Origin: Eledone cirrhosa
Lineage: Eukaryota
Direction of reading: 5' to 3'
Assembly (NCBI GenBank): GCA_964016885.1
Contig: OZ024742.1
Span: forward strand, 165,664,001 to 165,728,000
Length of the DNA: 64,000 nt
In this document: positions 1 through 15,000 of the stretch, one piece after another
Numbering within the stretch: position 1 is the stretch's first letter
Layout of the letters: each line of letters opens with the position of its first letter
Notes under the pieces: model-generated
Databases searched by the model: none
The model's input: the letters and a program-made list of their open reading frames with translations, nothing else
What the model was told of the DNA's origin: nothing
Position numbers and translations under genes: made by a program

Positions 1-3000
1 CTATTTCTATATAGAAGCTACTCAAAGTACTATAATATATCTATATATTACCAGTCTATTTCTATATAGAAGCTACTCAAAGTACTATAATATCTCTATA
101 TATTACCAGTCTATTTCTATATAGAAGCTACTCAAAGTACTATAATATCTCTATATATTACCAGTCTATTTCTATATAGAAGCTACTCAAAGTACTATAA
201 TATCTCTATATATTACCAGTCTATTTCTACATAGAAGCTACTCAAAGTACTATAATATTTCTATTATTACCAGTCTATTTCTACATAGAAGCTACTAAAG
301 GTACTATAATATCTCTATATATTACCACTCTATTTCTATATAGAAGCTACTAAAGGTACTATAATATCTCTATATATTACCAGTCTATTTCTACATAGAA
401 GCTACTCAAAGTACTATAATATTTCTATTATTACCAGTCTATTTCTACATAGAAGCTACTAAAGGTACTATAATATCTTTATATATTACCAGTCTATTTC
501 TACATGGAAGCTACTCAAAGTACTATAATATCTCTATATATTACCTGTCTATTTCTATATAGAAGCTACTCAAAGTACTATAATATCTCTATATATATAC
601 CAGTCTATTTCTACATAGAAGCTACTCAAAGTACTATAATATCTCTATATATTACCTGTCTATTTCTACATAGAAGCTACTCAAAGTATTATAATATCTC
701 TATATATTACCTGTCTATTTCTATATAGAAGCTACTCAAAGTACTATAATATCTCTATATATTACCAGTCTATTTCTATATAGAAGCTACTCAAAGTACT
801 ATAATATCTCTATATATTACCAGTCTATTTCTACATAGAAGCTACTCAAAGTACTATAATATTTCTATTATTACCAGTCTATTTCTATATAGAAGCTACT
901 AAAGGTACTATAATATCTCTATGTATTACCAGTCTATTTCTATATAGAAGCTACTCAAAGTACTATAATATCTCTATATATTACCAGTCTATTTCTATAT
1001 AGAAGCTACTCAAGGTACTATAATATCTCTATATATTACCAGTCTATTTCTATATAGAAGCTACTCAAAGTACTATAATATCTCTATATATTACCAGTCT
1101 ATTTCTATATAGAAGCTACTCAAAGTACTATAATATCTCTATATATTACCAGTCTATTTCTATATAGAAACTACTCAAAGTACTATAATATCTCTATATA
1201 TTACTAGTCTATTTTTATATAGAAGCTACTAAAGGTACTATAATATCTCTATATATTACCAGTCTATTTCTACATAGAAGCTACTCAAAGTACTATAATA
1301 TCTCTATATATTACCTGTCTATTTCTATATAGAAGCTACTCAAAGTACTATAATATCTCTATATATTACCAGTCTATTTCTACATAGAAGCTACTCAAAG
1401 TACTATAATATTTCTATTATTACCAGTCTATTTCTACATAGAAGCTACTAAAGGTACTATAATATCTCTATATATTACCAGTCTATTTCTACATGGAAGC
1501 TACTCAAAGTACTATAATATCTCTATATATTACCTGTCTATTTCTATATAGAAGCTACTCAAAGTACTATAATATCTCTATATATATACCAGTCTATTTC
1601 TACATAGAAGCTACTCAAAGTACTATAATATCTCTATATATTACCTGTCTATTTCTACATAGAAGCTACACAAAGTATTATAATATCTCTATATATTACC
1701 TGTCTATTTCTATATAGAAGCTACTCAAAGTACTATAATATCTCTATATATTACCAGTCTATTTCTATATAGAAGCTACTCAAAGTACTATAATATCTCT
1801 ATATATTACCAGTCTATTTCTATATAGAAGCTACTCAAAGTACTATAATATCTCTATATATTACCAGTCTATTTCTACATAGAAGCTACTAAAGGTACTA
1901 TAATATCTCTATATATTACCAATATATTTCTATATAGAAGCTACTAAAGGTACTATAATATCTATATATATACCAGTCTATTTCTACATAGAAGCTACTC
2001 AATGTATTATAATATCTATATATATATACCAGTCTATTTCTACATAGAAGCTACTCAAAGTATTATAATATCTCTATATATTACCTGTCTATTTCTATAT
2101 AGAAGCTACTAAAGGTACTATAATATCTATATATATTACCAGTCTATTTCTATATAGAAGCTACTCAAAGTACTATAATATCTCTATATATTACCAGTCT
2201 ATTTCTACATAGAAGCTACTCAAAGTACTATAATATTTCTATTATTACCAGTCTATTTCTACATAGAAGCTACTAAAGGTACTATAATATCTCTATATAT
2301 TACCAGTCTATTTCTATATAGAAGCTACTAAAGGTACTATAATATCTCTATATATTACCAGTCTATTTCTATATAGAAGCTACTAAAGGTACTATATTAT
2401 CTCTATATATTACCAGTCTATTTCTATATAGAAGCTACTCAAAGTACTATAATATCTCTATATATTACCAGTGTATTTCTACATAGAAGCTACTCAAAGT
2501 ACTATAATATTTCTATTATTACCAGTCTATTTCTACATAGAAGCTACTAAAGGTACTATAATATCTCTATATATTACCAGTCTATTTCTATATAGAAGCT
2601 ACTAAAGGTACTATAATATCTCTATATATTACCAGTCTATTTCTATATAGAAGCTACTAAAGGTACTATAATATCTCTATATATTACCAGTCTATTACTA
2701 TATAGAAGCTACTCAAAGTACTATAATATCTCTATATATTACCAGTCTATTTCTACATTGAAGCTACTCAAAGTACTATAATATTTCTATTATTACCAGT
2801 CTATTTCTACATAGAAGCTACTAAAGGTACTATAATATCTCTATATATTACCAGTCTATTTCTATATAGAAGCTACTCAAAGTATTATAATATCTCTATA
2901 TATTACCTGTCTATTTCTACATAGAAGCTACTCAAGGTACTATAATATCTCTATATATTACCAGTCTATTTCTATATAGAAGCTACTAAAGGTACTATAA

Positions 3001-6000
3001 TATCTCTATATATTACCTGTCTATTTCTACATAGAAGCTACTCAAAGTATCATAATATCTATATATATATACCAGTCTATTTCTACATAGAAGCTACTCA
3101 AAGTATTATAATATCTCTATATATCACCTGTCTATTTCTATATAGAAGCTACTAAAGGTACTATAATATCTATATATATTACCAGTCTATTTCTATATAG
3201 AAGCTACTCAAAGTACTATAATATCTCTATATATTACCAGTCTATTTCTATATAGAAGCTACTCAAAGTACTATAATATCTCTATATATTACCAGTCTAT
3301 TTCTACATAGAAGCTACTTAAAGTACTATAATATTTCTATTATTACCAGTCTATTTCTACATAGAAGCTACTAAAGGTACTATAATATCTCTATATATTA
3401 CCAGTATATTTCTATATAGAAGCTACTCAAAGTACTATAATATCTCTATATATTACCAGTCTATTTCTATATAGAAGCTACACAAAGTACTATAATATCT
3501 CTATATATTACCAGTCTATTTCTATATAGAAGCTACTCAAAGTACTATAATATTTCTATATATTACCAGTCTATTTCTACATGGAAGCTACTCAAAGTAC
3601 TATAATATCTCTATATATTACCTGTCTATTTCTATATAGAAGCTACTCAAAGTACTATAATATCTCTATATATATACCAGTCTATTTCTACATAGAAGCT
3701 ACTCAAAGTACTATAATATCTCTATATATTACCTGTCTATTTCTACATAGAAGCTACTCAAAGTATTATAATATCTCTATATATTACCTGTCTACTTCTA
3801 CATAGAAGCTACTCAAGCTACTATAATATCTCTATATATTACCAGTCTATTTCTATATAGAAGCTACTAAAGGTACTATAATATCTCTATATATTACCTG
3901 TCTATTTCTACATAGAAGCTACTCAAAGTAATATAATATCTCTATATATTACCTGTCTATTTCTACATAGAAGCTACTCAAAGCACTATAATATCTCTAT
4001 ATATTACCTGTCTATTTCTATATAGAAGCTACTCAAAGTACTATAATATCTCTATATATTACCAGTCTATTTCTACATAGAAGCTACTCAAAGTACTATA
4101 ATATTTCTATTATTACCAGTCTATTTCTATATAGAAGCTACTAAAGGTACTATAATATCTCTATGTATTACCAGTCTATTTCTATATAGAAGCTACTCAA
4201 AGTACTATAATATCTCTATATATTACCAGTCTATTTCTATATAGAAGCTACTCAAGGTACTATAATATCTCTATATATTACCAGTCTATTTCTATATAGA
4301 AGCTACTCAAAGTACTATAATATCTCTATATATTACCAGTCTATTTCTATATAGAAGCTACTCAAAGTACTATAATATCTCTATATATTACCAGTCTATT
4401 TCTACATAGAAGCTACTCAAAGTACTATAATATTTCTATTATTACCAGTCTATTTCTACATAGAAGCTACTAAAGGTACTATAATATCTCTATATAGAAT
4501 CTACTAAAGGTACTATAATATCTCTATATATTACCAGTCTATTTCTATATAGAAGCTACTAAAGGTACTATAATATCTCTATATATTACCAGTCTATTTC
4601 TAGATAGAAGCTACTCAAAGTACTATAATATCTCTATATTTTACCAGTCTATTTCTATATAGAAGCTACTCAAAGTACTATAATATCTCTATATATTACC
4701 AGTCTATTTCTATATAGAAGCTACTCAAAGTACTATAATATCTCTATATATTACCAGTCTATTTCTATATAGAAGCTACTCAAACTACTATAATATCTCT
4801 ATATATTACCAGTCTATTTCTATATAGAAGCTACTAAAGGTACTATAATATCTCTATATATTACCAGTCTATGTCTATATAGAAGCTACTCAAAGTACTA
4901 TAATATCTCTATATATTACCAGTCTATTTCTATATAGAAGCTACTCAAAGTACTATAATATCTCTATATATTACCAGTCTATTTCTATATAGAAGCTACT
5001 CAAAGTACTATAATATCTCTATATATTACCAGTCTATTTCTATATAGAAGCTACTCAAAGTACTATAATATCTCTATATATTACCAGTCTATTTCTACAT
5101 AGAAGCTACTCAAAGTACTATAATATTTCTATTATTACCAGTCTATTTCTACATAGAAGCTACTAAAGGTACTATAATATCTCTATATATTACCACTCTA
5201 TTTCTATATAGAAGCTACTAAAGGTACTATAATATCTCTATATATTACCAGTCTATTTCTACATAGAAGCTACTCAAAGTACTATAATATTTCTATTATT
5301 ACCAGTCTATTTCTACATAGAAGCTACTAAAGGTACTATAATATCTTTATATATTACCAGTCTATTTCTACATGGAAGCTACTCAAAGTACTATAATATC
5401 TCTATATATTACCTGTCTATTTCTATATAGAAGCTACTCAAAGTACTATAATATCTCTATATATATACCAGTCTATTTCTACATAGAAGCTACTCAAAGT
5501 ACTATAATATCTCTATATATTACCTGTCTATTTCTACATAGAAGCTACTCAAAGTATTATAATATCTCTATATATTACCTGTCTATTTCTATATAGAAGC
5601 TACTCAAAGTACTATAATATCTCTATATATTACCAGTCTATTTCTACATAGAAGCTACTAAAGGTACTATAATATCTCTATATATTACCAGTCTATTTCT
5701 ATATAGAAGCTACTAAAGGTACTATAATATCTCTATATATATACCAGTCTATTTCTACATAGAAGCTACTCAAAGTATTATAATATCTATATATATATAC
5801 CAGTCTATTTCTACATAGAAGCTACTCAAAGTACTATAATATCTCTATATATTACCAGTCTATTTCTACATAGAAGCTACTCAAAGTACTATAATATTTC
5901 TATTATTACCAGTCTATTTCTACATAGAAGCTACTAAAGGTACTATAATATCTCTATATATTACCAGTCTATTTCTATATAGAAGCTACTAAAGGTACTA

Positions 6001-9000
6001 TAATATCTCTATATATTACCAGTCTATTTCTATATAGAAGCTACTAAAGGTACTATAATATCTCTATATATTACCAGTCTATTTCTATATAGAAGCTACT
6101 CAAAGTACTATAATATCTCTATATATTACCTGTCTATTTCTACATAGAAGCTACTCAAAGCACTATAATATCTCTGTATATTACCAGTCTATTTCTATAT
6201 AGAAGCTACTAAAGGTACTATAATATCTCTATATATTACCAGTCTATTTCTACATAGAAGCTACTCAAAGTACTATAATATCTCTATATATTACCAGTCT
6301 ATTTCTACATGGAAGCTACTCAAAGTACTATAATATCTCTATATATTACCTGTCTATTTCTATATAGAAGCTACTCAAAGTACTATAATATCTCTATATA
6401 TTACCAGTCTATTTCTATATAGAAACTACTCAAAGTACTATAATATCTCTATATATTACCAGTCTATTTTTATATAGAAGCTACTAAAGGTACTATAATA
6501 TCTCTATATATTACCAGTCTATTTCTACATAGAAGCTACTCAAAGTACTATAATATCTCTATATATTACCTATCTATTTCTATATAGAAGCTACTCAAAG
6601 TACTATAATATCTCTATATATTACCAGTCTATTTCTACATAGAAGCTACTCAAAGTACTATAATATTTCTATTATTACCAGTCTATTTCTACATAGAAGC
6701 TACTAAAGGTACTATAATATCTCTATATATTACCAGTCTATTTCTATATAGAAGCTACTCAAAGTACTATAATATATCTATATATTACCAGTCTATTTCT
6801 ATATAGAAGCTACTCAAAGTACTATAATATCTCTATATATTACCAGTCTATTTCTATATAGAAGCTACTCAAAATACTATAATATCTCTATATATTACCA
6901 GTCTATTTCTATATAGAAGCTACTCAAAGTACTATAATATCTCTATATATTACCAGTCTATTTCTACATAGAAGCTACTCAAAGTACTATAATATTTCTA
7001 TTATTACCAGTCTATTTCTACATAGAAGCTACTGAAGGTACTATAATATCTCTATATATTACCACTCTATTTCTATATAGAAGCTACTAAAGGTACTATA
7101 ATATCTCTATATATTACCAGTCTATTTCTACATAGAAGCTACTCAAAGTACTATAATATTTCTATTATTACCAGTCTATTTCTACATAGAAGCTACTAAA
7201 GGTACTATAATATCTTTATATATTACCAGTCTATTTCTACATGGAAGCTACTCAAAGTACTATAATATCTCTATATATTACCTGTCTATTTCTATATAGA
7301 AGCTACTCAAAGTACTATAATATCTCTATATATATACCAGTCTATTTCTACATAGAAGCTACTCAAAGTACTATAATATCTCTATATATTACCTGTCTAT
7401 TTCTACATAGAAGCTACTCAAAGTATTATAATATCTCTATATATTACCTGTCTATTTCTATATAGAAGCTACTCAAAGTACTATAATATCTCTATATATT
7501 ACCAGTCTATTTCTATATAGAAGCTACTCAAAGTACTATAATATCTCTATATATTACCAGTCTATTTCTACATAGAAGCTACTCAAAGTACTATAATATT
7601 TCTATTATTACCAGTCTATTTCTACATAGAAGCTACTAAAGGTACTATAATATCTCTATATATTACCAGTCTATTTCTACATGGAAGCTACTCAAAGTAC
7701 TATAATATCTCTATATATTACCTGTCTATTTCTATATAGAAGCTACTCAAAGTACTATAATATCTCTATATATATACCAGTCTATTTCTACATAGAAGCT
7801 ACTCAAAGTACTATAATATCTCTATATATTACCTGTCTATTTCTACATAGAAGCTACTCAAAGTATTATAATATCTCTATATATTACCTGTCTATTTCTA
7901 TATAGAAGCTACTCAAAGTACTATAATATCTCTATATATTACCAGTCTATTTCTACATAGAAGCTACTAAAGGTACTATAATATCTCTATATATTACCAG
8001 TCTATTTCTATATAGAAGCTACTAAAGGTACTATAATATCTCTATATATATACCAGTCTATTTCTACATAGAAGCTACTCAAAGTATTATAATATCTATA
8101 TATATATACCAGTCTATTTCTACATAGAAGCTACTCAAAGTACTATAATATCTCTATATATTACCTGTCTATTTCTATATAGAAGCTCCTCAAAGTACTA
8201 TAATATCTCTATATATTACCAGTCTATTTCTACATAGAAGCTACTCAAAGTACTATAATATCTCTATATATTACCAGTCTATTTCTACATAGAAGCTACT
8301 CAAAGTACTATAATATTTCTATTATTACCAGTCTATTTCTACATAGAAGCTACTAAAGGTACTATAATATCTCTATATATTACCAGTCTATTTCTATATA
8401 GAAGCTACTAAAGGTACTATAATATCTCTATATATTACCAGTCTATTTCTATATAGAAGCTACTAAAGGTACTATAATATCTCTATATATTACCAGTCTA
8501 TTTCTATATAGAAGCTACTCAAAGTACTATAATATCTCTATATATTACCAGTCTATTTCTACATAGAAGCTACTCAAAGTACTATAATATTTCTATTATT
8601 ACCAGTCTATTTCTACATAGAAGCTACTAAAGGTACTATAATATCTCTATATATTACCAGTCTATTTCTATATAGAAGCTACTAAAGGTACTATAATATC
8701 TCTATATATTACCAGTCTATTTCTATATAGAAGCTACTAAAGGTACTATAATATCTCTATATATTACCAGTCTATTTCTATATAGAAGCTACTCAAAGTA
8801 CTATAATATCTCTATATATTACCTGTCTATTTCTACATAGAAGCTACTCAAAGCACTATAATATCTCTGTATATTACCAGTCTATTTCTATATAGAAGCT
8901 ACTAAAGGTACTATAATATCTCTATATATTACCAGTCTATTTCTACATAGAAGCTACTCAAAGTACTATAATATCTCTATATATTACCAGTCTATTTCTA

Positions 9001-12000
9001 TATAGAAGCTACTAAAGGTACTATAATATCTCTATATATTACCAGTCTATTTCTATATAGAAGCTACTAAAGGTACTATAATATCTCTATATATTACCAG
9101 TCTATTTCTATATAGAAGCTACTCAAAGTACTATAATATCTCTATATATTACCAGTCTATTTCTATATAGAAGCTACTCAAAGTACTATAATATCTCTAT
9201 ATATTACCAGTCTATTTCTATATAGAAGCTACTCAAAGTACTATAATATCTCTATATATTACCTGTCTATTTCTACATAGAAGCTACTCAAAGTAATATA
9301 ATATCTCTATATATTACCTGTCTATTTCTACATAGAAGCTACTCAAAGCACTATAATATCTCTATATATTACCTGTCTATTTCTATATAGAAGCTACTCA
9401 AAGTACTATAATATCTCTATATATATACCAGTCTATTTCTATATAGAAGCTACTAAAGGTACTATAATATCTCTATATATTACCAGTCTATTTCTATATA
9501 GAAGCTACTCAAAGTACTATAATATCTCTATATATTACCAGTCTATTTCTATATAGAAGCTACTCAAAGTACTATAATATCTCTATATATTACCAGTCTA
9601 TTTCTATATAGAAGCTACTCAAAGTACTATAATATCTCTATATATTACCTGTCTATTTCTACATAGAAGCTACTCAAAGTAATATAATATCTCTATATAT
9701 TACCTGTCTATTTCTACATAGAAGCTACTCAAAGCACTATAATATCTCTATATATTACCTGTCTATTTCTATATAGAAGCTACTCAAAGTACTATAACAT
9801 CTCTATATATTACCAGTCTATTTCTACATAGAATCTACTAAAGGTACTATAATATCTCTATATATTACCAGTCTATTTCTATATAGAAGCTACTAAAGGT
9901 ACTATAATATCTCTATATATTACCAGTCTATTTCTAGATAGAAGCTACTCAAAGTACTATAATATCTCTATATATTACCAGTCTATTTCTATGTAGAAGC
10001 TACTCAAAGTACTATAATATCTCTATATATTACCAGTCTATTTCTATATAGAAGCTACTCAAACTACTATAATATCTCTATATATTACCAGTCTATTTCT
10101 ATATAGAAGCTACTAAAGGTACTATAATATCTCTATATATTACCAGTCTATGTCTATATAGAAGCTACTCAAAGTACTATAATATCTCTATATATTACCA
10201 GTCTATTTCTATATAGAAGCTACTCAAAGTACTATAATATCTCTATATATTACCAGTCTATTTCTATATAGAAGCTACTCAAAGTACTATAATATCTCTA
10301 TATATTACCAGTCTATTTCTATATAGAAGCTACTCAAAGTACTATAATATCTCTATATATTACCAGTCTATTTCTACATAGAAGCTACTCAAAGTACTAT
10401 AATATTTCTATTATTACCAGTCTATTTCTACATAGAAGCTACTAAAGGTACTATAATATCTCTATATATTACCACTCTATTTCTATATAGAAGCTACTAA
10501 AGGTACTATAATATCTCTATATATTACCAGTCTATTTCTACATAGAAGCTACTCAAAGTACTATAATATTTCTATTATTACCAGTCTATTTCTACATAGA
10601 AGCTACTAAAGGTACTATAATATCTCTATATATTACCAGTCTATTTCTACATGGAAGCTACTCAAAGTACTATAATATCTCTATATATTACCTGTCTATT
10701 TCTATATAGAAGCTACTCAAAGTACTATAATATCTCTATATATATAACAGTCTATTTCTACATAGAAGCTACTCAAAGTACTATAATATCTCTATATATT
10801 ACCTGTCTATTTCTACATAGAAGCTACTCAAAGTATTATAATATCTCTATATATTACCTGTCTATTTCTATATAGAAGCTACTCAAAGTACTATAATATC
10901 TCTATATATTACCAGTCTATTTCTATATAGAAGCTACTCAAAGTACTATAATATCTCTATATATTACCAGTCTATTTCTACATAGAAGCTACTCAAAGTA
11001 CTATAATATTTCTATTATTACCAGTCTATTTCTACATAGAAGCTACTAAAGGTACTATAATATCTCTATATATTACCAGTCTATTTCTACATGGAAGCTA
11101 CTCAAAGTACTATAATATCTCTATATATTACCTGTCTATTTCTATATAGAAGCTACTCAAAGTACTATAATATCTCTATATATATACCAGTCTATTTCTA
11201 CATAGAAGCTACTCAAAGTACTATAATATCTCTATATATTACCTGTCTATTTCTACATAGAAGCTACTCAAAGTATTATAATATCTCTATATATTACCTG
11301 TCTATTTCTATATAGAAGCTACTCAAAGTACTATAATATCTCTATATATTACCAGTCTATTTCTACATAGAAGCTACTAAAGGTACTATAATATCTCTAT
11401 ATATTACCAGTCTATTTCTATATAGAAGCTACTAAAGGTACTATAATATCTCTATATATATACCAGTCTATTTCTACATAGAAGCTACTCAAAGTATTAT
11501 AATATCTATATATACATACCAGTCTATTTCTACATAGAAGCTACTCAAAGTATTATAATATCTCTATATATTACCTGTCTATTTCTATATAGAAGCTACT
11601 AAAGGTACTATAATATCTCTATATATTACCAGTCTATTTCTATATAGAAGCTACTCAAAGTACTATAATATCTCTATATATTACCAGTCTATTTCTACAT
11701 AGAAGCTACTCAAAGTACTATAATATCTCTATATATTACCAGTCTATTTCTACATAGAAGCTACTCAAAGTACTATAATATTTCTATTATTACCAGTCTA
11801 TTTCTACATAGAAGCTACTAAAGGTACTATAATATCTCTATATATTACCAGTCTATTTCTATATAGAAGCTACTAAAGGTACTATAATATCTCTATATAT
11901 TACCAGTCTATTTCTATATAGAAGCTACTAAAGGTACTATAATATCTCTATATATTACCAGTCTATTTCTATATAGAAGCTACTCAAAGTACTATAATAT

Positions 12001-15000
12001 CTCTATATATTACCAGTCTATTTCTACATAGAAGCTACTCAAAGTACTATAATATTTCTATTATTACCAGTCTATTTCTACATAGAAGCTACTAAAGGTA
12101 CTATAATATCTCTATATATTACCAGTCTATTTCTATATAGAAGCTACTAAAGGTACTATAATATCTCTATATATTACCAGTCTATTTCTATATAGAAGCT
12201 ACTAAAGGTACTATAATATCTCTATATATTACCAGTCTATTTCTATATAGAAGCTACTCAAAGTACTATAATATCTCTATATATTACCTGTCTATTTCTA
12301 CATAGAAGCTACTCAAAGCACTATAATATCTCTGTATATTACCAGTCTATTTCTATATAGAAGCTACTAAAGGTACTATAATATCTCTATATATTACCAG
12401 TCTATTTCTACATAGAAGCTACTCAAAGTACTATAATATCTCTATATATTACCAGTCTATTTCTACATGGAAGCTACTCAAAGTACTATAATATCTCTAT
12501 ATATTACCTGTCTATTTCTATATAGAAGCTACTCAAAGTACTATAATATCTCTATATATTACCAGTCTATTTCTATATAGAAACTACTCAAAGTACTATA
12601 ATATCTCTATATATTACCAGTCTATTTTTATATAGAAGGTACTAAAGGTACTATAATATCTCTATATATTACCAGTCTATTTCTACATAGAAGCTACTCA
12701 AAGTACTATAATATCTCTATATATTACCTGTCTATTTCTATATAGAAGCTACTCAAAGTACTATAATATCTCTATATATTACCAGTCTATTTCTACATAG
12801 AAGCTACTCAAAGTACTATAATATTTCTATTATTACCAGTCTATTTCTACATAGAAGCTACTAAAGGTACTATAATATCTCTATATATTACCAGTCTATT
12901 TCTATATAGAAGCTACTCAAAGTACTATAATATCTCTATATATTACCAGTCTATTTCTACATAGAAGCTACTCAAAGTACTATAATATTTCTATTATTAC
13001 CAGTCTATTTCTACATAGAAGCTACTAAAGGTACTATAATATCTCTATATATTACCAGTCTATTTCTACATGGAAGCTACTCAAAGTACTATAATATCTC
13101 TATATATTACCTGTCTATTTCTATATAGAAGCTACTCAAAGTACTATAATATCTCTATATATATACCAGTCTATTTCTACATAGAAGCTACTCAAAGTAC
13201 TATAATATCTCTATATATTACCTGTCTATTTCTACATAGAAGCTACTCAAAGTACTATAATATCTCTATATATTACCAGTCTATTTCTATATAGAAGCTA
13301 CTCAAAGTACTATAATATCTCTATATATTACCAGTCTATTTCTATATAGAAGCTACTCAAAGTACTATAATATCTCTATATATTACCTGTCTATTTCTAC
13401 ATAGAAGCTACTCAAAGTAATATAATATCTCTATATATTACCTGTCTATTTCTACATAGAAGCTACTCAAAGCACTATAATATCTCTATATATTACCTGT
13501 CTATTTCTATATAGAAGCTACTCAAAGTACTATAATATCTCTATATATATACCAGTCTATTTCTATATAGAAGCTACTAAAGGTACTATAATATCTCTAT
13601 ATATTACCAGTCTATTTCTATATAGAAGCTACTCAAAGTACTATAATATCTCTATATATTACCAGTCTATTTCTATATAGAAGCTACTCAAAGTACTATA
13701 ATATCTCTATATATTACCAGTCTATTTCTATATAGAAGCTACTCAAAGTACTATAATATCTCTATATATTACCTGTCTATTTCTACATAGAAGCTACTCA
13801 AAGTAATATAATATCTCTATATATTACCTGTCTATTTCTACATAGAAGCTACTCAAAGCACTATAATATCTCTATATATTACCTGTCTATTTCTATATAG
13901 AAGCTACTCAAAGTACTATAACATCTCTATATATTACCAGTCTATTTCTACATAGAATCTACTAAAGGTACTATAATATCTCTATATATTACCTGTCTAT
14001 TTCTATATAGAAGCTACTCAAAGTACTATAATATCTCTATATATATACCAGTCTATTTCTATATAGAAGCTACTAAAGGTACTATAATATCTCTATATAT
14101 TACCAGTCTATTTCTATATAGAAGCTACTCAAAGTACTATAATATCTCTATATATTACCAGTCTATTTCTATATAGAAGCTACTCAAAGTACTATAATAT
14201 CTCTATATATTATCAGTCTATTTCTATATAGAAGCTACTAAAGGTACTATAATATCTCTATATATTACCAGTCTATTTCTAGATAGAAGCTACTCAAAGT
14301 ACTATAATATCTCTATATTTTACCAGTCTATTTCTATATAGAAGCTACTCAAAGTACTATAATATCTCTATATATTACCAGTCTATTTCTATGTAGAAGC
14401 TACTCAAAGTACTATAATATCTCTATATATTACCAGTCTATTTCTATATAGAAGCTACTCAAACTACTATAATATCTCTATATATTACCAGTCTATTTCT
14501 ATATAGAAGCTACTAAAGGTACTATAATATCTCTATATATTACCAGTCTATGTCTATATAGAAGCTACTCAAAGTACTATAATATCTCTATATATTACCA
14601 GTCTATTTCTATATAGAAGCTACTCAAAGTACTATAATATCTCTATATATTACCAGTCTATTTCTATATAGAAGCTACTCAAAGTACTATAATATCTCTA
14701 TATATTACCAGTCTATTTCTATATAGAAGCTACTCAAAGTACTATAATATCTCTATATATTACCAGTCTATTTCTACATAGAAGCTACTCAAAGTACTAT
14801 AATATTTCTATTATTACCAGTCTATTTCTATATAGAAGCTACTAAAGGTACTATAATATCTCTATATATTACCAGTCTATTTCTATATAGAAGCTACTAA
14901 AGGTACTATAATATCTCTATATATTACCAGTCTATTTCTATATAGAAGCTACTCAAAGTACTATAATATCTCTATATATTACCAGTCTATTTCTACATAG

